NCBI RefSeq assembly: GCF_006345805.1
Contig: NC_042998.1
Location: 25,730,001-25,794,000 of the forward strand
Source: Octopus sinensis
Lineage: Eukaryota
Length of the DNA: 64,000 nt
Direction: 5' to 3'
Shown here piece after piece: positions 1 to 12,768 of the stretch. Within the stretch, counting starts at the first letter, position 1; the number at the start of each line of letters is the position of its first letter. Below the pieces are notes generated by a model. It did no database searches, was not told the DNA's origin, and saw only the letters and a program-made list of their open reading frames with translations. A program made the position numbers and the translations under genes.

Positions 1-24
1 GGGATCGATCTGGTAGTGTACAAG

Positions 25-337
25 GATTTTGGATTTGGTAGATGGAAACTGAAAGAAGCCCATCATGTATATGTATATATATATATGTGTGTGTGTGTGT
101 GTGGTGTGTGTGTGTGTGTGTGCGTTTGTGTGTCTGTATTTGTCCCCACCCAACATCGCTTAACAACCGATGCTGGCGTGTTTATGTCCCCGTAACTTAG
201 TGGTTCGGCAAAAGAGACCGATAGAATAAGTACTAGGCTTACAAAGAATAAGTTCTGGGCGATTTGTTCAACTAAAGGCGGTGCTCCAGCATGGGCACAG
301 TCAATTGACTGAAACAAGTAAAAGAGCAAAAAGAGTA
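25..337 (+). mobile_element. tRNA-derived SINE family A (internal TA/TG microsatellite), 5'-truncated copy
   Basis: Matches the 3' two-thirds of the full copy at 18852-19258 (ggatttggtagatggaaactgaaagaagccc, microsatellite, ...gactgaaacaagtaaaagag). Confidence 0.85.
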
Positions 338-1694
338 AACTATTTTCCTCTTATGTTAAAAAGTTAATCTGCTTTTAATTACACACACACACACATACAC
401 ACACATACACACATACACACATGATGAGGTTTCTACACAGTTTCTGCCAACCAAATTTACTGAGAGGGCATTGGTCAGCCTGGGGATATAGCAGAAGGCA
501 CTCCTCCAAGATGCCATGCCACAGGACTGACCTGAAACCACATGGTGGCAATGAAAGCTTCTCAGCCATTTCTTCATGCTTGTGTGCATAGGATTTTCAA
601 GGAATGAAAGGTGATATCACCTGCAAAGAAATGAGCATGCTTAAAAGTGAATGCATTCAAGTTTTTGATGCATACAAAAGAACCTGGGTGGCATAGAATG
701 TTAAGAAAGTAAGCCTTAAGTCATTTTAGAATTGGTATAACACTAGTTGAAGAGAGTTGGCGCAAATTGGCATTGAAAAATGTGACAGAAAACTTCCAGT
801 CCAAGAGATAGAATATGGATGGAGCCTTAAGACTAGCAATTTTATTTAGAGATTCTTGTGCCATAAGCAGTTGATGGTTTGATATTATCAAAAATGAAAT
901 ATGTTTCTGTTTCTAAAGTTACCATGAATGAGATGCCACCTGTGTATGATATATTTTGCAAAGGTGCAAATTATTACATTACTAAATATTAAGAATATAA
1001 GTGGTACAGAATCATATAAAAGTAATGTTAACAAAAGCCTCTCAAACATGTTTGAAGTGAATGACAATTTCGATACTTCAAAGAATTCAAAGAGAAAGAA
1101 AAGAGGAGTAGGGGAGAAAAGCAACAGAAAATAACAAAAATCAAATTAGATTTTATCCCAGTTATATATAAGGTTGGTGTGTGTATATTCTGTTGAGGAA
1201 TGGTAAAGTAGAGGGGGAAAAAAGTCGGAGTGAACAAACAGATTAAAGGTTTCATTTTCAGAACTAGAATTACTTCGGTTCTGATCAGTTGCTGACAGAG
1301 ACAATGTGGCTTCACATTTGCAGATGATGCTAGATATATTTGAAATAAATATTGAAATTCAATATCTACGAAATTGAATTAAAGTGAAAAAAGTAAATTG
1401 AATTAGATTTGAAGTTAATTTACTACAGTACGTAATTTGCTTTTAATCAAAATTTACTTTTAATACAAAAAGTATATTTGTGAAAGAATACAAAAAGGAG
1501 AGCTTTTTAGTTAGAATTGAATCCACACCCTCTTCTTCACAATTTTATATAATGAGCCAACATGCTACATGATATCGACAACTGGAACCTTCTCAAAGTT
1601 TTAATTGTTCCTCTTTAACATAAATCAGCTTCAAAACTACATAACATTGCCCAAGTGTATGAATTAAAAGAATTGACACTAACAAGGAAAAAAT

Positions 1695-2024
1695 TTCGTT
1701 TTTGGATTTGGTTTGCAAGATTCTTTATATGATTTCTAGTGTTGAAGCATATTCTACTGTGTCTGGGGAGAGTCATTTTCTTTTTGTGCCTTATAATTTA
1801 ACACACCAGTAAAATTTCCACTTATTTCTTATTTTTATTTTCCTAAAATTTTCATTGCGTCTTGCAACCTTTTCGATAGTCTTGGCTATTGAAAAGACCA
1901 TTGGAAAGGTTGCAAGACGCAACGAAAATTTTAGAAAAAACTAAAAATAAGAAATAAGCGGAAATTTTACCGGTGAGTGTGATACATTATAAGGCACAAA
2001 AAGAAAATGACTCTCCCCAGACAC
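1695..2024. mobile_element. Penelope-type terminal-repeat derivative arranged as an inverted dimer; U3-A8 hammerhead-like motif in each arm
   Basis: 1759-1881 is the reverse complement of ~1897-2024. The same family occurs at 14661-14798, 15140-15245, 29263-29517 and 33019-33187. Confidence 0.7.
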
Positions 2025-2499
2025 AAAGGAAAAAATTGTTATGAATTAAACAAGGTGTGTGTGTGTGTGCATTCAGCCTTTGAACCTCAAATAGAGAATT
2101 CTTGGGATGTGTTACAACTTTTCTCTACCATAGCATTTCTAAGTTTTTATGCAGATTTGTTGTTCCATAGTCCAGTGTACCTTTGGTAATAGATACATGT
2201 GAAAATCTATAGCCTGGGTACAAGAGATGTAAGCTTCTCATTAGTTTACTTCTCTATAGATATTCTCCTTTTTCTTCCTTTTTTTTTTTTTTGACAAGCC
2301 ATTTCCACCAGACAAGCTGATCTTTACAAAGTGAGCCTTTTGCTCTCTCTCACATAAAACAAAATCTGTTCTGTTGTGCCTATGCTGAATCGCTGGTATT
2401 TTTTTTATTGCTATGCTTCACAAGAATTGTTTATTTTTAAAGATGTGAATATATTTTGGTTCTTTTATGCATATGATCTGGCCATCAGAAAAATCCAGA

Positions 2500-2677
2500 A
2501 AACACCCACTACACTCGCGGAGTGGTTGGCGTTAGGAAGGGCATCCAGCCGTAGAAACACTGTCAGATCTGACTGGGCCTGACGAAGCCTTCCAGCTTCA
2601 CAGACCCCAGTTGACCCGTCCAACCCATGCTAGCATGGAAAGCGGACGCTAAACGATGATGATGATGATGATGATGT
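2500..2677 (+). mobile_element. SINE/RTE-LINE 3' end family C with (GAT)n tail
   Basis: cacccactacactc...ggaagggcatccagc...ccatgctagcatggaaagcggacg followed by (GAT)n. Many copies in the window (e.g. 39200-39550, 52385-52645, 55555-55813, 56025-56335). Confidence 0.8.
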
Positions 2678-2809
2678 ATATAACATTGTTGACGGTTTTT
2701 GCGATAATGTCATGTCTCTGAGGAAGTTAGCATCTCACAGACATTTTTAGATGGATGCTGATGATATGGTCAATATCGTTCATGCTGGTATGGCATAATC
2801 ACAACTTTC

Positions 2810-3221
2810 TTATTTCTTTACTACCCACAAGGGGCTAAACACAGAGAGGACAAACAAGGACAGACAAAGGGAGTAAGTCGATTACATCGACCCCAGTGCG
2901 AAACTGGTACTTAATTTATCGACCCTGAAAGGATGAAAGGCAAAGTCGACCTTGGTGGGATTTGAACTCAGAATGTAACAGCAGACGAAATACCTATTTC
3001 TTTACTACCCACAAGGGGCTAAACACAGAGAGGACAAACAAGGACAGACAAAGGGATTAAGTCGATTATATCGACCCCAATGTGAAACTGGTACTTAATT
3101 TAACGACCCTGAAAGGATGAAAGGCAAAGTCAACCTTTGCGGAATTTGAACTCAAAACGTAGCAGCAGACGAAATACCGCTAAGCATTTAGCCCGGCACG
3201 CTAGCGTTTCTACCAGTTCGC
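2810..3221 (-). mobile_element. tRNA-derived SINE family B (Meta/MESC-like central motif), partial dimer with 8-bp TSD
   Basis: TSD caactttc at 2802-2809 and 3222-3229. Central motif gtcgactttgcctttcatcctttc...taagtaccag is duplicated internally. Confidence 0.85.
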
Positions 3222-3406
3222 CAACTTTCAACACTATCTACTACAGCATGGAGATCTAGAGGTGTAAGTATTGGTCAAATATTTAGTAGCTATCCCAAGT
3301 CCAAGGGATGCTACAATTCCTCTAAATGCTGTTGGTATTCTCTTACTTGTAAGTTATGTATAACTTTCTGCAATGAGCATTTCTCGTCCAAGTCTCTATT
3401 TAAGTA

Positions 3407-3637
3407 TATTTCTTTACTACCCACAAGGGGCTAAACACAGAGAGGACAAACAAGGACAGACAAAGGGATTAAGTCGATTACATTGACCCCAGTGTGTAAC
3501 TGGTACTTAATTTATCGACCCCGAAAGGATGAAAGGCAAAGTCGACCTCGGCGGAATTTGAACTCAGAACGTAACGGCAGACGAAATACGGCTAGGCATT
3601 TCACCTGGTGTGCTAACGTTTCTGCCAGCTCGCCGCC
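3407..3637 (-). mobile_element. SINE family B, full copy with 8-bp TSD
   Basis: TSD tttaagta at 3399-3406 and 3638-3645. Head ggcggcgagctggcagaa and B-box-like gagttcaaattcc. Further copies at 23688-23920, 29584-29816, 44364-44772 and 50783-51223. Confidence 0.85.
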
Positions 3638-4038
3638 TTTAAGTAGATTAGTTACATAGAACAGCCGTAACCTCAGAGTTCTTGTTCAGGAATTTTGTCA
3701 CTTAATCTCATGATGTTGCTACCTCTAATGTTGAGTATGCATGTCATGTGAATTATTTCTTTCTCTCCCTTTTTAGTAAGAGTTTTTAAAGTGATCATTC
3801 AAAGACTGACTGAGCTCAGCTTAAGTTTCTGCCTCCGCCACTCTGTTTAACATAGATCCTGTCAATGTTGCTGCTGATGTGGAAGTTACCAGAACGTATG
3901 AATAAATAAATGAATATATGTATGTGTGTCATTATTCAGTTTTATTTCAAGATGTCTTGCCAGTAGAGAAAGGACCGGTTTCCAGCCTAGATCCAAGGCT
4001 CCTTCATGAGAATTTCAACATGAACAGTATGGTATTTT

Positions 4039-4438
4039 TGTATGTATGTATGTATGTATGTATGTATGTATGTATGTATGTATGTATACCTGCATGTATG
4101 TATGTATGTATGTATGTATGTATGCATGCATGTATGTATGTTTGTATGTATGTATACATGTATGTATGTATGTATGTATGTATGTATGTATGTATGTGTG
4201 TGTGTATGTATGTATGTATTATGTATGTATGTATGTATGTATGCATGTATGTATGTTTGTATGTATGTATACATGCATGTATGTATGTCTGTATGTATGT
4301 ATGTATGTATGTATGTGTGTGTATGTATGTATGTATGTATGTATGTATGCATGCATGTATGTATGTTTGTATGTATGTATACATGTATGTATGTATGTAT
4401 GTATGCATGTTTGTATGTATGTATGTATGTATGTATGT
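4039..4438. repeat. (TATG)n microsatellite with internal higher-order duplications
   Basis: About 400 bp of TATG. The variant block gcatgtatgtatgtttgtatgtatgtatacatg recurs three times. Confidence 0.95.
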
Positions 4439-4439
4439 T

Positions 4440-4765
4440 ACAATAATTACAGGTATAAACCTGAACTTGTAATCTGGATAGAGTAACTGCAGATTTCTCA
4501 ATAGTTCAGCATAGGTATTCTCTTTTTCCCTGACCTTCAGCTTTATGTTAACATCTGCTGATCAGCTAATTTCCACAACTGTGCACAGTTTCTATTCTCT
4601 ATCCCAAATCCTTATATCAGGTCTGTTGTGCTTACATTTTATTGAGGTACATTATGAGTGGCTATGGCTTCTGCCATTTTGTGGGTTCTTATTTCTTTGT
4701 CCTTGGGATTATCCTTCTGACGGATTATATTATAGAGTGTCCTAGCTACAAAATCATGTCTTATC
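4440..4765 (-). mobile_element. R4/Dong-like LINE fragment, restriction-like endonuclease (RLE) domain
   Basis: Minus-strand RHDFVARTLYNIIRQKDNP and KCKHNRPDIRIWDRE*KLCTVVEIS*SADVNIKLKVREKENTYAELLRNLQLLYPDYKFRFIPVII; PD..E motif of RLE-type LINEs. Confidence 0.8.
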
Positions 4766-5567
4766 TATAGATAATATCCTGATGACATGTATGTATGTAT
4801 GTATGTATGTATATTTGTATGTTTATGTGTAAGTATGTGTGTGCATATGTGTATATGTACACATCTACATATCTACATGTTACATGCATGCAGTCATGTG
4901 TGCATAAAGATAAACCTACACACATGCACACACACACACACACAAACAGATATATGTATATATGTATGCATGTGTGTGTATATATATTCACATAATTTTA
5001 TATATATTTATACATATATATTTATTTATGTACCCATGCCAGCATGGAAGGTAGACATTAAATAATGATGATGATGATGATATATATTTATATAAATGTG
5101 TGTGTGTGTGTGCATGCATGTGTGCAATCAGTCAGCAACAGGAAATGCAAGCCTCACCTTTCTGATTCTGATGTCAAGATGATGGAATTCAAAACAAATT
5201 GCCCCAAGCACCAAGTAATGAATTATCAATACCACACTAAAATCGGTATTTCTCTATGGATCAGAAACATGGCAAACGTTAATTGCCTTAATAAACTCCA
5301 TATTGTCATTAACAAACAACTGTAATGCAAGAGTTCTTCCTGGAATAAAGAATGGTTGGAGGAGAAAATCCAGGAGAAGATAAATACAGAGATCAAGTAA
5401 ACAAGGTGGAACTAGTTAAGCCATACCGTTTAAAGGTCTTCTTTGGGATGGTACTGATGCTATTCATATATACAGACATCGTAAACTGCATAAATAAACA
5501 ACACCCTTGACTAATTGACAAGAAGCTGATCACCAACATACTCCAGTCTCTCTAACCTAAAGATGTG

Positions 5568-5868
5568 TGGTTGTTGTTTGTTCTTTCTTGAGCCATACCT
5601 GGCTCATAAGGGCCAGTTTTCCGGCTTCGTTGGCATATAGGTTCCCCACCTGGACGGGTCGCCGGTTCATCTCAGATGAGCTGCAGGAGGAAACAGTGAG
5701 AGAAATTTGTGTGAAAGGGTCAGCAGAAGTTCGTCATTACCTTCTGCAGAGCCTTGTGGAGCTTAGGCTTTGCTCATAAAAACACACACCACCTGGTCTG
5801 AGATTTGAACCTGTGATCTATCAACTGCAAGTCCACTGCTCTAGCCACTAGACCATGTGCCGCCACAG
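5568..5868 (-). mobile_element. tRNA-derived SINE family D with 12-bp TSD
   Basis: TSD cctaaagatgtg at 5556-5567 and 5869-5880; same family as 28089-28367. Confidence 0.8.
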
Positions 5869-6029
5869 CCTAAAGATGTGCTGAATTTTTATTCTACCTC
5901 TTCTGCTGCTACTGTATCAGACTCTGCTCCTTTAAACTTGCTGATCATTTGCCATTTTTACTCAGGCATTCCTGACTCATCTATTATCCATTCATCACAC
6001 ATAATACACCCCCTGCCTCTTGCTGCTGT

Positions 6030-6252
6030 GTCATCATCATCATCCAGTGTTTTAAATCCGGGTTTTGCCCCCATTAACAGGGATGGTCAGATCTACCTCA
6101 ATGCCATAGCAACCACCCTCACACCATCTCCACATCTTTCCCTGTTTTGGGCATCACCCCTTCTCAAGCCAACTCTCCCAATCTCCTCCTCCACCTGTCC
6201 CCTCCACGTTTTCCTTGGTCTATCTCGCTTTCTTGGTCCATTTACCTTCTAG
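6030..6252 (-). mobile_element. RTE-type LINE 3' end
   Basis: Minus-strand GPRKRDRPRKTWRGQVEEEIGRVGLRRGDAQNRE (RTE GRPxxTW...AxDR motif) followed by a (GAT)n tail. Confidence 0.7.
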
Positions 6253-6743
6253 GTAGGGAGACTCCGAAAGGGGTCTCAGAGAGTAGTGTCCCAGCCTTCC
6301 TGAGCTAGTTTTCCACCACATTTCTTCAAGATCCTAGTAGAGGCCTTGGTCTCAGGACCACTCATGTCTATAAACTGAGGTTGGGAGTAAGCAAGGGCAA
6401 TGCTCCCCATAGAAAATCCAGCTCTGAGAAAGCTTCATGATAGCAAAGGATAACAACTACCGTTTGCTTACAGAAAGCAGTAAATCACTTCATCACAAAT
6501 AATGGAAGTAATGTTCAACCTTAGAATGTCTCTGAAAAATTTCATAATCCTGCTAAAAATTCCTAGTTAAAAAAAAACAAAAGAAATAAAAATAAAAAAA
6601 AACATTGCTTGCAAAAAACATTTCTTTGAAACTTTAGAAACAAAAGAACTACAATTTCTTCCAACAATGTTTTTTGTTATGGTAATGGAAAATTCACCTC
6701 CACACAGATCTGTTAACTTTCATTTTGCACAGGGATGGATATA

Positions 6744-7207
6744 TCATCATCATTGTTCGACCGTGGTCAAGACTATGGAATTTACTATGTTACGCCAGAC
6801 TTCATAGCATTACGGAGGTCCTGCTGCTGGATGCCTGTATCTCTGGAGAGTACATCAGGGTAGGAGAATGTGCACCCTCTGGTATCACGAGTAGATGGCT
6901 TCCAGAGGAGAAGAGTAGAAATTACCTCATTTTTAGCTCTACAACAATGTCCAGCAAACTGGAATCTTCTATCTTTCACAAGAGATGATACAGGTGGTAA
7001 TTTCCCATATATTTGTACTTTGGTTGGATGATGCTTCCATGAGAGATTTTGAGCTCTCATGAGGAGGCGAGTGTAAGTTCCATCCAACCACCTCTCAAGC
7101 TTCTTTGATAACGTCAAGGTTTCTGAACCATATAGTAGAATTGGTTTGACTGTGGCTTTGAAGAGTTTAAGTTTGAAATCTCTACTTAGATTTGATGACT
7201 AGATCTT
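6744..7207 (-). mobile_element. RTE/RTEX-type LINE 3' fragment
   Basis: KLKLFKATVKPILLYGSETLTLSKKLERWLDGTYTRLLMRAQNLSW...RRFQFAGHC with a (GAT)n tail; 3'-end sister copy at 59023-59133. Confidence 0.85.
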
Positions 7208-7242
7208 ATGCATATCATTCATATTATTCATATTATTCATAC

Positions 7243-7450
7243 ATCACACATCCTGTTAACTATAGAGGGGTTTAGCAGTGGTAGTGTTCCATCATTATAT
7301 CTTTTAGTACTAATATGTGGTGGGTGGCTTTTCTTCACACAGATATTTTGGCCATTGGGGTCTACATCTTCATCCACCCTCACAGCACAGGCAATACTCT
7401 GTAGGCTCAATTTGGGATTCTTATCCATAGTCTTATGGCGTGATTGAAGC
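7243..7450 (-). CDS. Candidate coding exon of an unidentified host gene
   Basis: Non-repetitive. Acceptor tttaatctctcag, donor GAT|gtatga, 208 nt open (LQSRHKTMDKNPKLSLQSIACAVRVDEDVDPNGQNICVKKSHPPHISTKRYNDGTLPLLNPSIVNRMCD). No homology recognised. Confidence 0.35.
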
Positions 7451-8218
7451 CTGAGAGATTAAATCAATTTTCAGCATAAATTCCAGAGAAGATCAAAGAA
7501 GAAATTCGTAGGTAGTTTCAATTGATATGTAGCTTTGAAGGTGGTGGCATAGTAAAGGGGAGTAGTATCAGCAATTACACTATTGACATTCTGAGTAATG
7601 TAGTTTTGCACGATATTACAGGATAGAAATTTTGCAATAGCATCTCTCATTTCCCTTTATAAAACCAGTGACTCATCTCTGACTGGCAGTATACCAACAT
7701 AACAATGCTTCTACACTTTCTGCCAAAGTAGCCAAATGTTTTGGTTCAAAATTATGAAATTGCATTATTTTTGCTTTCATTTATTTCTTTATTATTTATT
7801 TATTTATTCATTGTAGGGGCTGAACAATCCTCAACCTTGAACCCTACTGAAAATATAAGACGGATTATTAATTAAAAGCTAAATTCAAGAATATTTTAAG
7901 AAGCAAAGTATCTTTATTTGTAGCTATTCTAAAAGAATAATAGGAATTTGAGTTGGTATTATTGAAAAGCATGCTGACAGAATGATTAACGAGATTAAAA
8001 AAGAAGAATTAGATAATCATCCCAAAGGCAATTTATTTATTCAATTTGGATTATGAATAAACATAAGCATAAATTGTATTTTTATCTTTTAAATTAGAAT
8101 GATTAAGGATTTGATTTTAACTAAAAGAATTATTTTCTTTAAGGTGTGTTCCCATACATATACACATGCATACACTCACATATATGTATATATATGTATA
8201 ATTGTGTATGTATGTATG

Positions 8219-8257
<39 letters not shown>

Positions 8258-8275
8258 TATTTATATATAAATATA

Positions 8276-8670
8276 TCTCTCCATATATATAAAGCTGAAG
8301 TTGTCTGTGTATGGCAGGTTTGGTAGCTTTCAACTAACACCAACTCCTCCGAGACCCTGCGGTGCAAGTTGACCAAAATTGAGAGTATGCTAGAAGAAGG
8401 CTTTCTCTTTCTTCCGTAGAAGAAAAAATTCAAATCCGACCATGTCAACTACAAAAATTATTTACATCAAAAAGGTGCTTTTTTTTCTATGAAAATCCCT
8501 ATTTTTTACAATTTTTTTACTGCTGTGTCGCCATTTTTCAATGTATTTCAACCAGAAAAATGTTCACTTAAAGTGAATAACAAGCTAAATAATGCAAAAT
8601 TTTTACTTTTCAAAAATTCTAATTCTAAAGGGTCGAAACAAACCCGAGCAACGCCGGGCTATACTGCTAG
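8276..8670 (+). mobile_element. Non-autonomous Helitron
   Basis: Starts with TC after an A, ends in CTAG (8667-8670) before a T, with a subterminal GC hairpin cccgagcaacgccggg; no TSD. Confidence 0.75.
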
Positions 8671-8914
8671 TAAATATATATATATAAATGTATATATATG
8701 TATATATATATATATATTATATATATATATATATACACACACAAACACATACACGCACACACATACACGTGTGTGTGTGTGTGTGTGCACCAATCACATG
8801 GTTCCAGGTTCAGTCTCATTGCATGGCACTTTGAACAATTGTCTTCTACTATAACATCAGGCCAATCAGAGCCCTGTAAATGAATATGGTATATGGAAAC
8901 TGAAAGAAACCTAT

Positions 8915-8964
<50 letters not shown>

Positions 8965-8975
8965 ATATATACAGT

Positions 8976-9116
8976 TGCAGCATGGAAGGTGTTTATAAGC
9001 CATTTAAGAAACAAAATATAATCATTAGATTCACTTCAACATTTAAATTTAATTTTTCAAAATATTTTCGTCGCTTTGAGACCACAACCTGTTCGCTTAC
9101 AAAATTCCGTGCTGCA
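8976..9116 (-). mobile_element. 141-bp element in (TA)n with 12-bp terminal inverted repeats and a G3-C8 hammerhead-like motif
   Basis: Termini tgcagcatggaa / ttccgtgctgca. Minus strand reads tttgtaa GCGAACA g gttgt-ggtctcaaa-gcgac GAAA atat t t tgaaaaa. Confidence 0.55.
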
Positions 9117-9141
9117 TACATATATATATATATATAGACAC

Positions 9142-9178
<37 letters not shown>

Positions 9179-9308
9179 CACACACACACACACACATATA
9201 ATATATATATATATATATACACATACATATATACATACATGCATACATACATACATACATACATATATACATATATATGTATATGTATATATATAAATAT
9301 TGACATGC

Positions 9309-9342
<34 letters not shown>

Positions 9343-10350
9343 TATACACATATGCATACATATGTACATACATACATATATACATACATACATACATAAA
9401 TACATACATATATATCTATAAATATTTGGAAAAATGTGCTTCTGTTTATATGTATACATATATAATATGCACGTTTGGTTCTGTACATATTTGTGTATTT
9501 AAATGGAAGATGAAAAATACAAATTCAAATTTTAACTTAAGGAATAAAATTAAAGCTAAAAATCTGAAAAATGCTGGTGGAAAATAGAAGTAAAAACTGA
9601 ATCAGAAATCAAAATAACAAAATGGTTCAAACGTTTCTTTAAGTTAGCAATAATAAATATCATTGTCAGATTCCCAATTGTGGTATTTTTAAGATTCTTA
9701 TTGGAAAGAAAACTGACTAAATGTGAAACATTGACTGTAACAACAACACTATTGAAACTCCAAAGGAGAGAACAAGTCAACACAATTTGAAAGCCATTTT
9801 ATAATAAATCATTAATTAAAATATCTTTCTTTAAATGAATAAAGGAAAACAGTCTTTGATGTTTTCTATTTTTATTGAATGCACGTAAACATTATTGGTA
9901 TTTATTTCAGGTGCATTGCACTTCATGCACTCTTCTTGCAGATCAATGGAAAAGTCTAGTATTCCATTCCATAGTATTAAACTTCTCTTTTTCTTCCTTT
10001 TTTCTTTTTTTTTTGTAGTTTTTCTTATTTTAAATCAGAAGCAATATTTGAAACAGCAATAAAGCAAAATAATAAAGCCAATATGTAATTTGTTTCTCCA
10101 TGTTCGTTTTTATCTTTCCCCTTGTTGTTTGCAAAACACTCCTGTATCTTTACAACAACATGTTGCATCTTATTTAACCAGAAACCATGTATTAAATATA
10201 GACATGCATGGTTAAAAACAAAATAAGAGTATTATAGTAACTTAAGGCTACTTAGCTCAGTTTATTATTGTTTTATAGACTAACAGAATTTTGGTAATAA
10301 AAAAGAAGTTGGGAATCATTATCAGATATGCGAGGGTTTAACAATCTTCC

Positions 10351-11307
10351 TTAACCCTTTCGTTACCAACCTGGCTGAGTCCAGTTCTGGCTGTGTAGTA
10401 CAAATATCTTGTTTTCATAAGTTCTGAATTAAACTCTTCCACCAAACCTTAGTCACAATTTATGTTCTTAACACTAGCTTAATGATAACTAGGTTATTTT
10501 ACTAAGTTCTTTGTTATATTTAAAATTAATTGAAAGAAACACAGAACCTCTCAACAGAAAGATGGTAACAAAAGGGTTAATAAATGATTAATTTAACCCT
10601 TTTGATACCAACCCAGCTGAAACCAGTTCTGGTTCTGAAGTACATATATCCTGTTTTCATAAGTTCTGAATTAAACTCTTCCTCCAAACCTTAGTCACAA
10701 TTTATGTTCTTAACACTAGCTTAATGATAACTAGTTATTTTACTAAGTTCTTTGTTATATTTAAAATTAATTGAAAGAAACACAGAACCTCTCAACAGAA
10801 AGATGGTAACAAAAGGGTTAATAAATGATTAATTTAACCCTTTTGATACCAACCCAGCTGAAACCAGTTCTGGTTCTGAAGTACATATATCCTGTTTTCA
10901 TAAGTTCTGAATTAAACTCTTCCTCCAAACCTTAGTCACAATTTATGTTCTTAACACTAGCTTAATGATAACTAGGTTATTTTACTAAGTTCTTTGTTAT
11001 ATTTAAAATTAATTGAAAGAAACACAGAACCTCTCAACAGAAAGATGGTAACAAAAGGGTTAATAAATGATTAATTTAACCCTTTTGATACCAACCCAGC
11101 TGAAACCAGTTCTGGTTCTGAAGTACATATATCCTGTTTTCATAAGTTCTGAATTAAAATCTTCCTCCAAACCTTAGTTACAATTTATGTTCCTAACACT
11201 AGCTTAATGATGATAACTAAGTTATTTTACTAAATTCTTTGTTATATTTAAAGTAATTGAAAGAAACACAGAGCATCTCAAAATAAATACAGTAAATACA
11301 GGGTTAA
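10351..11307. mobile_element. Tandem tetramer of a ~230-bp TTAA-flanked MITE (piggyBac-like ends)
   Basis: Units TTAA-CCCTTT...AAAGGG-TTAA start at 10351, 10593, 10834 and 11076, separated by the spacer taaatgattaat. Confidence 0.85.
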
Positions 11308-11594
11308 ATCAATCTTCAAGGGCATTTATTACTTCGTCCATTTACTTCCATCCAAGATTGGCAAACCCCTTAATCTACAGCCAACCCAGAACAAACCTTG
11401 GAGTAGACTTTCAACTTTCGATATTACACACACTCATACCTGTAATGCTTGTATGTTGGAAATATATTTCAGCGGAAATATATGTTAATTCTGCCAACAG
11501 GTTCACAATTGGATGAGCAAATAATGTCCACTGTGTCTTATGGAAAATCTTACTGTTTCAATTCAGCAACATTTATAGATACAAACAAACAGGT

Positions 11595-11980
11595 ATCGTG
11601 GCACTCTGTGAGTTGCAACAACAAAGGTTCCAGTTGATCCAATCAACGGAACAGCCTGCTCATAAAATTAACGTGCAAGTGTCTGAGCACTCCACAGACA
11701 CATGTACCCTTAACATAGTTCTTAGGGAGATTCAGCATGACACAGATTGTGACAAAGCTGACCCTTTGAAATACAGGTACAACAGAAACAGGAAGAAAAA
11801 GTGAGAGAAAGTTGTGGCGAAAGAGTACAGCAGGGTTCACCACCACCCTCTGCCAGAGCCTCGCAGAGCTTTAAGTGTTTTTGCTCAACAAACACTCACA
11901 ATGCCCAGCCTGAGAATTGAAACCTCGATCTTACAACTGAAAATCCACTGCTCTAACCACTGGGCCATTGCACCTCCACA
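11595..11980 (-). mobile_element. tRNA-derived SINE (family D/E related)
   Basis: Minus-strand head ggaggtgcaatggcccagtggttagagcag...; body shared with 39830-40156 and 63688-63985. Confidence 0.75.
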
Positions 11981-12768
11981 AACAAACAGGTATTCAACTA
12001 TACTCCATGTAAAACAATACCTCATACAACAATTTGGGACTTAAATAACTTGCCATACTGGACCAGAATCCTTCTATATTCTAAAAGGAAATTGATGAAT
12101 ATTAGCTGTAGTCTTATGAGTGATTCCCCATGGAACATATGTAAATTCTTGCTGCACTGGGTTTATGAACATGTTCAGTTTCTAAATTGTATCCATTTCC
12201 CCCTCAATTAAGCTTAAGTTTCTCATGTCTATAAGAAGAACATAAGCATGACATCTATTTTCTCTTGCTTAGAAATTGAAGCTTCATGGTAATACAACAT
12301 TTCAGATGCATACCCTCGTAAGTCAATGTATGACATAATAGCAACGTGTATTTAGTTACATTCTAATGAAAGAGAGCGAATTCTTCTATAAGGTGTATTC
12401 TCATGTTTTCTTCTTTTTTAATATATTTTTCTTAACTCAAAAATTGTTGAAATTCTAGAATTATAATTTTTTTGGTTTCGCTAAAAATAAAATTCTCAAG
12501 ATTGAGATAATGAAAGTAATCAAACATCTCAACTCATTAATGGTTTCAAATTTTGAAACAAGGCCAGCAATTTTGGGAGAGGGGGCAAGTTCATTATATC
12601 ACCCCCAGTGCTCAACTGATAATTATTCTATTGACTCCAAAACAATGAACAGCAACACTAACCTCGGTGGAATTTGAACACAGAACATAAAGATAGACAA
12701 AATGCCACTAAGCATCTTGCCTGTCATGCTAATGATTCTGCCAGCTCCCAGCCTTAATTTTTAATTCA

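Larger units (their letters stand above)
2680..3900 (-). mobile_element. Decayed R4/Dong-like non-LTR retrotransposon (post-RT region and CCHC knuckle), split by SINEs
   Basis: Minus-strand translations: GNFHISSNIDRIYVKQSGGGRNL (~3820-3895; matches the family motif FHxxSDVDRLYxxRxxGGRGL), IATKYL, LCHTSMNDIDHIIS and QRHDIIAKTV (~2690-2800). Confidence 0.7.

Noticed and set aside
3918-4501. Long ORFs ([12 protein letters not shown], poly-I/M/N) here and at ~9000, 24700, 31100, 43500, 46400 and 56250
   Set aside because: These are translations of stop-free microsatellites.
5159-5339. Exon-like segment with strong minus-strand splice signals (ttccag ... AAG|gtgagg)
   Set aside because: Stops in all three frames; it could be a non-coding exon but cannot be supported without RNA data.
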